From Podarcis gaigeae (taxonomy: Eukaryota): DNA of 64,000 nt. How positions within the stretch are numbered: the first letter of the stretch is position 1; every line of letters begins with the position of its first letter. A program made the position numbers and the translations under genes. Under the pieces are notes generated by a model. That model was not told where the DNA came from. It was given only the letters and a program-made list of their open reading frames with translations, and ran no database searches. Positions 1-10,603 of the stretch are shown in pieces. The DNA lies in the NCBI GenBank assembly GCA_964106915.2, contig OZ066919.1. The stretch is one strand, 5' to 3'.

Positions 1-290
1 CCTGACTGAGCTGAACAGAATCAAGGGAGGGGGACTGCTCTGGAGACTGGAGCACAGCCTTAAAGGGGGGGGCAGTAAGCACCTTCCCTAAAAAAACTAC
101 AGGATGAGGCATATATGGACGGATGTGCCACCTTCCCTTGGGCACTTTGACGCCAGGGCTCAAAGGCAAGTGGAGCTGCTGACGTGGCCTGGCGCTTTTA
201 AGAGTGACTCATTGGATGGGTTTTAGCGAGAGGGAACTGCACAATGATGGGAATTTTTATATATATATGAAGTGAATGTACAGTAAATTA

Positions 291-321
291 AATAAAATGG
301 ATCATTAATTATAACAATAAA
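291..321 (+). terminator. Two AATAAA signals (291-296, 316-321): probable 3' end of a convergent plus-strand gene
   Basis: AT-rich UTR-like block with paired hexamers; in human, SZT2 ends tail-to-tail with HYI (synteny inference only). Confidence 0.45.
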
Positions 322-921
322 AATCTTTGTCATAGCTTTTCCCCTACAAGCTGCTGAGTTTATCCCTGGCGCGAAACGAAGTAGGTTCCCACCAGCCTGC
401 CAGAATGGCATATCTGCCAGGATGCACTGCAGGGACCAGTGCCAGTTTATTTTCTAAGGAAGTTCGTTCGGGCTCAGATTGAATTGTGCCACTCGTGTCT
501 CTCCATGGTTATACGCTGCAGTGTAAGATCTGGAATGCGAGTAATTTAAGCGGCAGCATGCAGATAGAGGCTAAGATGCCCCTTTAAATCTAGGAAATCT
601 CATCCGGGGCCACTAAGTGGTACTAAAGAGCTAGATCTGGAGAGGCAGGGACTTCCCTTCCTTTGCACCACACTAGTCCCCATTCTTGTGAAAGGCATGC
701 CAGCATCATTGCTTAGTGTGATTCCAGGAAGGTGAACTTTCCTTTTTAGTGGGTCAACCCTTATAACTGCAATGAGTAATTAAAAAATAGAAGGATATAT
801 TTCTTACTGGAAAGGCCAGGCAGAAATGTAATTTGTTCAGGAACACAAAGAGACACAAGAGTGAAGCCTTTAGCCATTCCAGGACGTGAGTTGGAGCAAG
901 ACCCTAGGAATGCTATTTTGT

Positions 922-927
922 TTTATT
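922..927 (-). terminator. Probable HYI polyadenylation signal AATAAA
   Basis: TTTATT on +, about 127 nt downstream of the HYI stop; a second candidate lies at 446-451. Confidence 0.6.
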
Positions 928-1053
928 TGGAGGCAAAATGCATCCAGAACAGAGACAAACAAAAGAACATTGCCTTTCCAAGTTGGCATGTAGTGATTGC
1001 GCTCCACCTCTGATGCTCTTCAGTCCAGTTTTCCAGCTGCTGAACTTAACCCC

Positions 1054-1127
1054 TCAGCTTCCACTATCCAGTACACCATGACTCTTCCAGTATGAGTGCA
1101 GCCAGCCCAGCCCCTTCAATGTGCCTT
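1054..1127 (-). CDS. HYI: HYI last coding exon (EGTLKGLGWLHSYWKSHGVLDSGS*), 74 nt including TGA
   Basis: Acceptor cccttacag|; GL-x-WL-x-SYW matches the HYI C-terminus; stop at 1056-1054. Confidence 0.92.
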
Positions 1128-4100
1128 CTGTAAGGGAAGCCAAAAGCATCAGCAACACCAGTTTTGCACTTCTTCAGGACCACCACCCCGCCCACAGTTT
1201 TGGTAGTTGTGAAGCAGAGAAACAGTGGGTTACATCAGCAGCCTAAAAATTTCCCAGCTACAACGCTTCATTTCACACAGCAAAATCCCCACCCCCATTC
1301 CTTTGGGATAATTTAAGCAGACTTGCCTTTGGGCTTGTACTCGCATCCTACAAAGCCACTGTAATTCATTGACTCCAGCAGCTGGAAGAGGTAAGGGAAG
1401 CTTAATTCACCAAGGCTGTCGGGCTCCTGCCTTCCTGGTACCTGGGCAAACTGAACGTGTCCTGCAGAGAAAGAAGGTAACCATCAGGGGCAAATGAAGG
1501 ACTAGGCATAGGGGTCTTACTGGAACTATTTTGACACTACAAAAGCATCTGCCCCTTTGCTTAGGAACAACCCCTGCAAGGGATCCCAGTTTTGAAGCCA
1601 TACTAGGGAATCACTGCACCTTTCCTGTCTTACCAATAATTGGGAAATACTTTTCCAAGTTCTGAGTCAGGTTACCATCCATGATCTGGCAGTGGAAAAT
1701 GTCCTGTGGAGTAAACATAAAAAGGCACAGTCTAGCTGCCTTCCAAGAGGCTGGACTAGGCCTCCCATCATCCCCAACCAAAATGGCCAATGGGCGGGGG
1801 GGATCTGGAGGGCACTAGGTTGGGGGTGTTCTGCCTCTCTCATCCCTCTGGTGGGCCTCTTGTTGCACCAACCAGTGTAATAGGTCCTCTAAGCCCAACA
1901 CCCACTTCTATGGCTGAGGCCAGGTTTTCCTTAGTGACACTCACCAGCTGCAGCTTCAGGCTGGGGCTTCCCACCTTCTTCAAAATGGCAGCAGCTGAAG
2001 AAAAATGGAGATTCACAATATCACAACTGATTCTGGGGGCGGGGGGGGGCAGTTTGCTCCGTTTCCTGTCATCGTGCAGTCCCAAAGCCCATTCTCCAGC
2101 AACTTCTAGAACATGAGTGGGGAACCTGTGGCCCTTCAGATGTTGCTGTATTCAATCTCCTATTGGCCCCAGTCAGCGTGGCCAGTGGTGAGGGATGAAG
2201 AGTTGTAGTTCAGCAACATCTAGGGGGGTCACAGGTTTCCCACCCTTGCTTTAGAATTGTGTATCCAAAACTTTGGGCTCTTGCTGCTTTTGAACTGCAG
2301 TTCCCATCGTCCCTGACCACTGCTCAGCTAGCTAGGGATGATGGAGTTATAATCCCAAAACAGCTAGAGACCCAAGTTTGGGAAACACTGCTTTAGAAGG
2401 ACAATTCCCTATCCATGGAGAAGGGAGTCTTAGGCCATGGCCTACCTTGCTCTGGAGTAGTCAAGAAGTAACGGGGATCAGTAATCCGGCTATTAATGGG
2501 CTCCAATAATCCAGTGATCTTTTCCTGTAATACCAGAGCAAGGAAATGGAAGAATAGCCACTCAGTGCCTTAGGCTAGCAAGCGAAGGAAAATTGCTGCT
2601 GGGCAGCTCACCTCTTTTATATTATTTCTTGTCACTGGCCAGTTTCCTAACCTCTGCCACCAGTGCCCAACCACTCCTGTGTGCCCTCCTGCCAGGCCTG
2701 ACTAATAACTGGGGTGGAGCTTCTTTAAGCAGGTCTTGCTAACACTTTGCCTCTTGGGTTCTCTGGAGCTCAGGAAAGTGTCTCACCACCAAATGGAATC
2801 AGTGTTGAATGGGCACCTCACTCTTCTGACGAAGCAGTGCAGCTTGCTGCTTAACAGGCATCTATCTACCCAACCCCTACCTGAGCCAGGATGTCCGCAG
2901 CATATCTGAGGTTCTCAATGAAGGTGGCTTCCATCTCTGCTGACACTTCCTCCCTCTCAGCACCCAAAGGAATTCGCCCGGCCATAATGTGGATCCTGTA
3001 AGCAAAAGGCTGGATCAGGATGGAAGAGGGACAGAAGCAGCGGTGCTGACGGCTTTCTGCCCTCGAGGCATCCACGATGCTGATATGATGCTACTGAAGT
3101 GAAAGCTGTCTCATGCCTGCTTTAATTTTCCCCTGAGGAGATGCACTGACCCACAAAGCCACCTCCAGCACTCAGCAATCAACACACATCGCTACACCAG
3201 GTTTTCAGCTGGGATAAGCTAACACCTGCAACATGTAGTAGGAATGACAAGAACGTCTGTATCAAAATCATACAAACTATACTCTGTTATTTACCATGAG
3301 CTCACCTAGCTTGGCATAGATTATGAGCTCACAAACAGCACCCACAGGCCAAATACGCAAAATCACTATAGGCAGACTGACAGAACCTTAGTAGTATTTG
3401 ATTGCCATGCTGGACACACACACAATCAGTTGGGTAGGAATGATGATGTGCTTTCACCATTCCCATGCATGTGTTGCTTGAGGGTGAATGGGATTTCTAA
3501 CTAATTGGTGGTATCTAAAATAGTAGTCATGCTTAGTCAGCAGCTTAGTCATGCTGGCCACATGACCCAGAAGCTGTACGCCGGCTCTCTCAGCCAATAA
3601 AGCGAGATGAGCGCCGCAACCCCAGAGTTGGCCACGACTGGACCTAATGGTCAGGGATCCCTTTACCTTTACCTACTAAAATCATACTTGGAGTGAACCC
3701 ACTAAAATAACTGAACTTGCATTAGTTATGACTAATTTATGTCTGCTTGGTTTCAGTGTGTCTGTTTTACAGTTTAGCAAAATACTACACAGTGTTGCCG
3801 AGTACAACTGCAAAAACAGACTGGTGTTAATTTTCCAAGTTAAAAGGGCATGGTCTTACACAAAATAGCCAGCTGCACCACTTTGTTCTGCTTTCTTCAT
3901 GTAACGCAAAGCGCCATGCAAAATTGGTATTGCCGGTGAGCTTTTGGAAATGTCCCAACATCTGTCATTCATTACTAGCCTGCGTCTTACTGCCTATGTT
4001 TTCTCTCCCTCCGCACTCAGAGGTGAGGTGTCTCATTCTGTTGCACAGCAGAGACTGCAAGCAACACTTCCATGCTCAGTAATGCCCCTAAGTGAGGCTG

Positions 4101-6165
4101 CCTGGGTTGGTTCATCCCTTTGATGTGGTTACTCATTTGAATCTCTGTTAACTACACTGCTAAACATCCCATCCAGAAGTTCATGCCCGCTTGAGATGAG
4201 CATGGGAAATTATATTGCTAATGCTAAGCTAATGCTAAGACCAGTAGCCTGTCTACACCAGCCTTCCCCAACCTTGGGTCCCCAGAAGTCATTAAACTAC
4301 AACTCCCGTTGTCCTTGACCACTGGCCATTGCTGGCTAGGAATGATAGGAGTTGTGGTACAAGAAGTTCTAGGGACCCAAGGCTGAGAAAGGCTGATCTA
4401 CAGTGATTTGCATCGGCTCTCCAGGGTTTCAGGTGGGTGTCTCTCAGCACTACCTGTAGATGCCCAGGATGGAACATTAGACCTTTTGCATGCGAAGCAC
4501 AGAATTGTAGTGTTGGAAGAGACCCTGAGGATCATCTAGTCCAACCCCTTGCAATGCAAGAATATGCATTTGCTCTTATCACTGAGCTATGGCTCCTCCC
4601 CCAATGGGTTTGCCTTGAGTGATAGACCGGCTACGTCATGTCTAAAGATGCCACTGTGTTCAGAAAATAAAAGCCTTTAAAATGGAAAAGGTGTTCTTAT
4701 TGCACTTGTCTTCTAACTAGTGAATGAATAAGCAAGGTTTTAAAACAAAACCACTCCAGGCAGGAAAGTAGCTAGTTTTACCAAAGGTGCCAATCTCAGC
4801 GCCTACGGCTGGGGATGCCCTAAATGGGAGAGAATGTGTGTATTCACTAATAGAAGGATCTTTATCTGCACTGTTATCACCAACAACACTTGACCTCTCT
4901 CCTCCCTTGCATCCCACCTTCCTGCTAACTGTGTGATTTTGCTGTTCTTTAGGTTTTGTTCCTCCTCCCTATCTTTGGAGTCAAATTTCCACTTTCTGTC
5001 CATCACACCACCCTGCTTCAATCCTCCTTAAAACCAGCCCCTCCTTTGAAATAATACATGACTGTGCAAAAATTATCTTCCTATAAGACTCCCTTCCCTT
5101 TCGCTCATATTTGGCCTTTAATTGCCCTTCTCCTTTTTAAAATATTTATGTACTACAAGACTGTCCTAATAAAGGCTGCATGCTGCATATTTTAACGCAG
5201 GAAGACACTACCCTGAGCAAGGGAAGATTTGCAGCAGCAGCAGGGGCAGTAGCTATGGTTAATCAGATGTCTTTTTGTGGAACAATCCTGCATTAACTCG
5301 TGCCTCTTACAAGATTCATGGTTTCCTTGCATAAGGCAAGAAAAAGACTATGGAACTATGGACACAGAGCTATGGAAAGGGGCTAGATCCTGTGCCTGCT
5401 TCCTTAGCACATTTCCCACCTTTAGCAAAGAAGACCCCAGAGTGGAGCGGGGGCAGCAGGAAGATGAGGAAAGACGCTTCATTTCAATAAAGGATAGCAA
5501 TTGATTCTTTCTAGCATGGCTAGCAGGTTTGCTGACAGACAAGTAAAAAAACAGGCAAACACATAACTTGCCCTTTGCTTTCTTTCCAGGTTTGAGGGCC
5601 TGCTTTTGCATGGGTCTGTGATGAAAAAGGCACTTAAATTATACCACTTCACTTTCAAAGTGCAATAGTGAGGAGACATGTAACTCAATTAACACAACAA
5701 CCACTGCAGCAATTCTGATCATTCCTGTATTATGGCACAAGGATGACACTGGTGTTCAATATACATAGATCTTAACTATTTAAAATACTACCTTGGACAT
5801 TTCAGGACCTTGCAGTACTTCACAGCCAAAGCCAGGGCCTCTCGGAATTCATGCTGGCGGCCAGGCACTGCCCCTAAGCCCCTGTCACCATCTTGGTTTC
5901 CTGGGGAAAGCAGTAAAATTTACCCAGTATATATATGGGTTACATACACTTCAGGTTACATATGCTTCAGGTTACAGACTCCGCTAACCCAGAAATAGTA
6001 CCTCGGGTTAAGAACTTTGCTTCAGGATGAGAACAGAAATCGTGCAGTGGTGGTGCAGCAGCAGCAGGTGGCCCCATTAGCTAAAGTGGTGCTTCAGGTT
6101 AAGAACAGTTTCAGGTTAAGAACAGACCTCCAGAACAAATTAAGTTCTTAACCCGAGGTACCACT

Positions 6166-6200
<35 letters not shown>

Positions 6201-7125
6201 AATTGCAGGGGACAATAGTAGGAAATAGATGTCTGCCATAAATGATACCTGCTGTCCTATATGTCAGCTAAGTGCTACTATGTTTGGGGTCAGGAAGAGG
6301 TGAGAGGTACAGAACAAACAGCTTTATTTGCTTGGTCTTTGGCAAGCAGAAGAGCAGTCTATAACCTCTACTAGGAATATCTTCGATTGAAACAACCACT
6401 GTTTTGAGTGCAAGGGAAAAGGCCATTCTAGGAGGCAGCAGGGCTTGGGGGGGCATGAAAATGGACCCATATCTTCTCTCCAAGCCTGTGAAAGAGACAT
6501 CCAGTGTACAGTGAAGTGAGAGGGAGGTGTTGGGCACCATTTTGGGGGCCAAGGTTGATACAGAGAAAGAGGAAAAGAGGTGATGGACTTTGCACCTGCA
6601 GGAAACGGTAGCAAGTTTCAACTGGTAACAGGTGAGGTCTACAACTTTGTTTAAAAAAAAGTGGTCAGAGGCTCTGTACCCCTAAAAGCTGTACAGCAGC
6701 AGGCAGAAAAGAGATTTAGTGTTTCCAGAAAGATGCAGAGACTATTAAGCTCTACCTGCTGACTTCTGCCTTTCTGCCTGCCTGCCTGCCTTTTCTCTTT
6801 CCGTGAAAAGCCGACCCCGTTGTAGTAGTGCCTATGGAGGTCATGGGAGAAGGCTGGGTCCGGGTGGGGAGACCGTATTATGTCTGCGAGGGAAGGGCTC
6901 TAGCCACGGGCAACTCGGTCGGGTACCTGGCGGGGCGTTGAGCAGGACCAGCTCCAGCCTGGCCTTGTCTGCCGCCTCTCGCAGCTCCTCGGCGCTGCAA
7001 GCGTAAGGGGCGCCCAACTCCGCCGCTCGGAAGCCGGCCTGCGCAGCCGCCTCTATGCGCTGCGGCAGCGTCGGCTTCTCCTGGAAGAGCCACGCCAGGT
7101 TGGCAGCGAAGCGCAGCGGAGCCAT
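1054..7125 (-). CDS. HYI: Hydroxypyruvate isomerase, complete spliced CDS: join(complement 6927-7125, 5792-5900, 2881-2995, 2446-2524, 1945-1994, 1634-1703, 1327-1461, 1054-1127); 831 nt, 276 aa
   Basis: The manual splice gives MAPLRFAANLAWLF...LLEPINSRITDPRYFL...DIFHCQIMDGNL...GHVQFAQVPGRQEP...GFVGCEYKPK...LGWLHSYW...stop. It is colinear with vertebrate HYI (xylose-isomerase-like TIM barrel) and keeps the EPIN, D-x-x-H, H-x-Q and GCEY motifs. Exon phases are consistent, there are no internal stops, and the Kozak context is strong (GCCATGG). Confidence 0.96.
1327..1461 (-). CDS. HYI: HYI coding exon 7 (GHVQFAQVPGRQEP...GFVGCEYKPK), 135 nt
   Basis: Acceptor tctctgcag|; non-canonical donor AAG|GCAAGT; GCEY motif. 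Confidence 0.93.
1634..1703 (-). CDS. HYI: HYI coding exon 6 (DIFHCQIMDGNLTQNLEKYFPII-G), 70 nt
   Basis: Acceptor tccacag|, donor TTG|GTAAGA. Confidence 0.95.
1945..1994 (-). CDS. HYI: HYI coding exon 5 (AAAILKKVGSPSLKLQL), 50 nt
   Basis: Acceptor tttttcttcag|, donor CTG|GTGAGT. Confidence 0.93.
2112..2248. mobile_element. Palindromic hAT-like MITE in HYI intron 4
   Basis: Inverted arms ggggaacctgtggccc / gggtcacaggtttccc; flanks TTCTAGAA / CTTTAGAA. Confidence 0.7.
2257..2390. mobile_element. Second hAT-like MITE, abutting the first
   Basis: Perfect 8-bp TSD CTTTAGAA at 2249-2256 and 2391-2398; inverted arms. Confidence 0.75.
2446..2524 (-). CDS. HYI: HYI coding exon 4 (EKITGLLEPINSRITDPRYFLTTPEQ-A), 79 nt
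   Basis: Acceptor ttacag|, donor AAG|GTAGG; carries the EPIN Glu motif. Confidence 0.95.
2881..2995 (-). CDS. HYI: HYI coding exon 3 (RIHIMAGRIPLG...NLRYAADILAQ), 115 nt
   Basis: Acceptor ttttgcttacag|, donor CAG|GTAGGG; IH-x-MAG motif. Confidence 0.95.
3541..3674 (+). mobile_element. Sauria SINE, 5'-truncated
   Basis: gcttagtcatgctggccacatgacc...ctttacctttacc tail; nearly identical to the copies at 44.9 kb and 63.0 kb. Confidence 0.9.
4240..4601 (-). mobile_element. tRNA-derived SINE interrupted by a hAT-like MITE (4259-4395) and a CR1 3' fragment (about 4500-4564)
   Basis: SINE pieces match the copies at 40.5 and 45.8 kb; MITE TIR cagccttcccc/gagaaaggctg with flanks GTCTACAC/ATCTACAG. 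Confidence 0.7.
5792..5900 (-). CDS. HYI: HYI coding exon 2 (GNQDGDRGLGAVPGRQHEFREALALAVKYCKVLKCP-R), 109 nt
   Basis: Acceptor ctttccccag|, donor AAG|GTAGTA; GLGAVPGRQ motif; not shown in the ORF track. Confidence 0.94.
5937..6166. mobile_element. Tc1/mariner (pogo/Tigger-like) MITE with eroded left TIR, in HYI intron 1
   Basis: Same family as 30097-30335; right end taacccgaggtaccactg|TA. Confidence 0.8.
6168..6199. repeat. (CA)n microsatellite
   Basis: Directly visible. Confidence 0.95.
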
Positions 7126-7470
7126 GGCGGACAGCGCAGCGCCTGTGACACCCAGCAAAGGCCGCGAGAGGAGGGGAGGAGGCGGCGCCCACGCCCCCGG
7201 CTGGCAGGGGAGGTGTCCGGGCGACAAGCCCTTGGCGCCCGCTGCGCGCTGCTGCTCCGCCTCCGAGGAAAGAGGCGCCGCAGCAGGAAGAGAGCGGGAG
7301 CGCGGACGCTCGCGCCGCGTGGGAAAGAGGCGCAAGGGCCTGCGGGTCGCAGTCTTGCCGCGAGAGGGCGTTCGCGGGCTCTGCGCCGGCTCTCTTGCCC
7401 CTCCACCCACCCCGTTTGCATTCTGATGTATCCAGAGAACACGTGTCGCGACTCGCATCGGTCGGATCAT
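6800..7470. promoter_or_regulatory. CpG island / HYI promoter and first exon
   Basis: The only CpG-dense stretch in the window; it spans the start codon; E-box CACGTG at 7440-7445 is directly followed by TCGCGA. Confidence 0.85.
6927..7125 (-). CDS. HYI: HYI coding exon 1 (MAPLRF...LLNAPP-G), 199 nt
   Basis: ATG at 7125-7123 in context tccgccATGg; donor CAG|GTACCC at 6926. Confidence 0.95.
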
Positions 7471-7689
7471 AACACCTGTAGGGATAGAAGGCTTATCCTC
7501 ATTTTGAACTATAAAAAAAGCTTCTCTCGACCAGACGGGGGGGGGGCATATTCTTTTCATATTGTATAAAAACATCTCCTTTGGCACATCATTTCCTCTG
7601 TCCATAGGTGATCATACACCAATGTGCACTACCTTTCCTTCCCACATGGATGATACTACTGTATTTCCCAAGAATGCATGTTCTTAGAT

Positions 7690-7940
7690 TCCACTTGCTC
7701 TGTCCTGGCTGGTTATCCAGCCCAGCATCTTGCTTTTCCACAATGGTCCACCAAATGCATTATGACAAGTCCATAAGAACAACATGAGCACAGCAGTCCC
7801 CTCCTGCTGTCGTTCCCTGGCAACTGTTATTTAGAGGCATGGTGCCTCTGATCCTGACGCATATAACCATTGCAACTCCTAATCATTTATTGCTTTGTTC
7901 TCCGTTAATTTGCTTAATCCCCTTTTAAATCCATCTAATA
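7690..7940 (-). mobile_element. Old CR1-like LINE 3' fragment
   Basis: ccagcccagcatcttg...cttaatccccttttaaatccatct resembles the reverse of 59690-59985; related pieces at about 9051-9160, 9350-9500, 30755-30920 and 35790-35990. Confidence 0.55.
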
Positions 7941-10547
7941 CCTGTATAGTTCTTCTCCTTGCTCAGAAGGTAGACCAATACATGCTTTCCGGCCACAGCT
8001 TGTGCAGGAAGGAAACACAGGTGGAGCCACCGTAGCTCAAGCAATCAAGCCAAGCCAGGCACCACAAGGGAAGGGAAAAGGCAGATCCTTGCCAGAAACT
8101 GCTACCCCACAACCCTGCCCCTGACTCCCTTAGGTCTTTTTCCAAATAATTATTCAAAGTCAAGGACATCTCAGAGACACGGATCTAGAGACTGAACTTA
8201 AGTGGGGGGTTTTTTGCTCAATACCCTGCAAGAAGATTATACACACCCTCCTAAACATGCACTTTGCAATTCTTAGCTGCTCTGCGGCACTGCTGTGCCC
8301 AGCCTCTGCTTTGCATTTTGCACACGGCTCCTCTGTGGCCCGATGCATGCTGTTTGTTTGCTTTGAAGTGATGTATAATCTGCGCTGATAATTAAAGAAC
8401 GTCATTCCAGGGTTAGTATTTATTGATACCAATTTAACTCGCCTCATACATCAAACACCAACCATCCATTGAAATCCCTCGTGAATTTCTGCATCCCAGA
8501 GACCTTGTTTTCATTACCCAGAACTGACAGGAATGACTTTTGGGGCACTGGTTCTTCTGCTTTGCCTGAGGCTTTGTATAGGCCACCTTTTTCGTCCTTC
8601 AGCACAGACAGAAGCAATTGCTGCTGCTCTGGATTAAATGGGGTCTGCAGTAGGGCAGTGTGATGCTTTTTTATATTATTATTGCTACATATTGTATGTG
8701 AGCAAGTCTCTTGGGGTACAGGTTCAGGGCTCTGGAAATTTGGGATGCATTGTATTAAGGAACAAGTTCAGTTTTTAGACTGAATATTTAGTGTAACTAA
8801 TGTTTGCTGAATCAAGCTCCTGATAGACATAGACGAGACAGAGACTGTTTCAGTCTCATGATGGTCCAAATCACAACCCAGGGGATTTGTGGCGCCAGCA
8901 TAAAATGGCCGTTTAGGCATGGAATTGCCCAAAGATCACACAAATCCTACACACCCCTTTGCACCTCTTTCTCCTCCCCTCTTTCTTGTTCATCTTCTGC
9001 TTCTGATTTAACACTTATTCAGGCAACTAGCAGAACAGGAACCCATCAAAAGAACATAAGGAGAGCCTGCTGGTTCTAGTCCAACATCCTGTTTTCACAG
9101 TGGCCAACCAGATGCCTGTGGGGAAACCTGCAAGCAGGATCCGGGCGCAAGAGCCCTCTCAGTAGCTCTGTCATGTCACTGCACCGCTGCAAGTACAGCT
9201 GCCTGCGGCTGATGGGAACTGTAATCCCAAACATCTGGATGGCACTATGTCATCAAAATCTGGTCTATAAGGCAAGGCTGTCCATCAGTTGGCTCTCTTT
9301 ACATAAACCAAATCCCCCTCCTTTATCTATAATCAGAAGAATATTTTAACACATGAAAAAGCCCTGCTAGATCAAAGCAAATGTCCATCTGGTCCAGCAT
9401 CCTGTTTCTCACAGTGTCCAGCTAAATGTCTTCAGAAACCTCACAGGTGGAGCATAAAGAGCCCCCCCTTGTTGCCACCCCCCCCCCAGCATCTCGGAAG
9501 CAGGCAGATTCTGAATGAAACTCCTAATAAAAAATAGCTTTATTTAATTCCTGCCCCTCCCAATACATATTTAAGATCAAACACGTCTTTTGTACCATGC
9601 TGTAAGCATTTTGGCCTCTTTCATGTCACCTTGCACAGAGTGCCCTCTGGAACGTGTTTCTGAACATTTGCCCATGCCACCTCACTTTAAGCAACCTCTC
9701 TATACGGTTGACAACTTTGTCAGATACTATTTCTACGCACCAATTCACTGGCTTTCCTCTTAACTTCTATATATATATGTATTATTAATCTCCACCTGCC
9801 TTATGTTTTTTGGGGTTCACTGAGTGAACTTGACGGTGTGAGACATGTAATTATTAAGTGATTTTCCATTTCAGAGACATCATTTCACAGTTTTGCACAT
9901 TCATTTCATACATCAGATCATATAAAGCATCACATGTTCTCGAAACTCCATATGCACAACAGTTGCTTTCTATAACCTGAGGCAGGGAATAACCCAGGGT
10001 GTTGCTTCAAGCAGGTATTTTGAATTTTTTTGTGAATATCTACAACATTATTATGGGACTGTCACCAAAAAGGGATATAAATAAGGAGGATGCAGTTTAT
10101 CTAGGCTTCAGCACATAAATCACAGAGAAGGCTACAGAAGTAACTGGTTTACTGGTGAAGATTCTCCAGCTGTTCAGAATAAGCTGCAAACACCACATAT
10201 GCATACACAGTGTTGTGTGTTTGTGTGTGTTTGCTTTGCTTTGTTTTATTAATTAACCATACAGGAAGCCTTTATGGCTGAGGTCGGCAACTGGCAGCAC
10301 CCAAGCTCAGTTCAGCTCCTGGACAATTGCCAGTTGGCCCATAGACCCATTTCCTCCCTGTTGTTATTCCTTCCCTCTCACTTGGCAGACTGCTTGCTTG
10401 CCTGCTGCTGCTGCTGCTACAGCAGCCAGGTTGGACTTAAAAGCCCGCTCCCAGCATGTGGCAAACAAAAGGAAGAAGAAAAGCAGGAGAACACAGCAAC
10501 CATCCATGAATTTGTCCATTAATTCTGCATTATCCAGAGACAACTCT

Positions 10548-10553
10548 TGTGTT

Positions 10554-10600
<47 letters not shown>
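10548..10600. repeat. (TG)n microsatellite
   Basis: Directly visible. Confidence 0.95.

Positions 10601-10603
<3 letters not shown>

Noticed and set aside
7055-7569. Plus-strand ORFs antisense to HYI exon 1
   Set aside because: Expected stop-codon scarcity in a GC-rich island; low-complexity Arg/Gly/Ala products.
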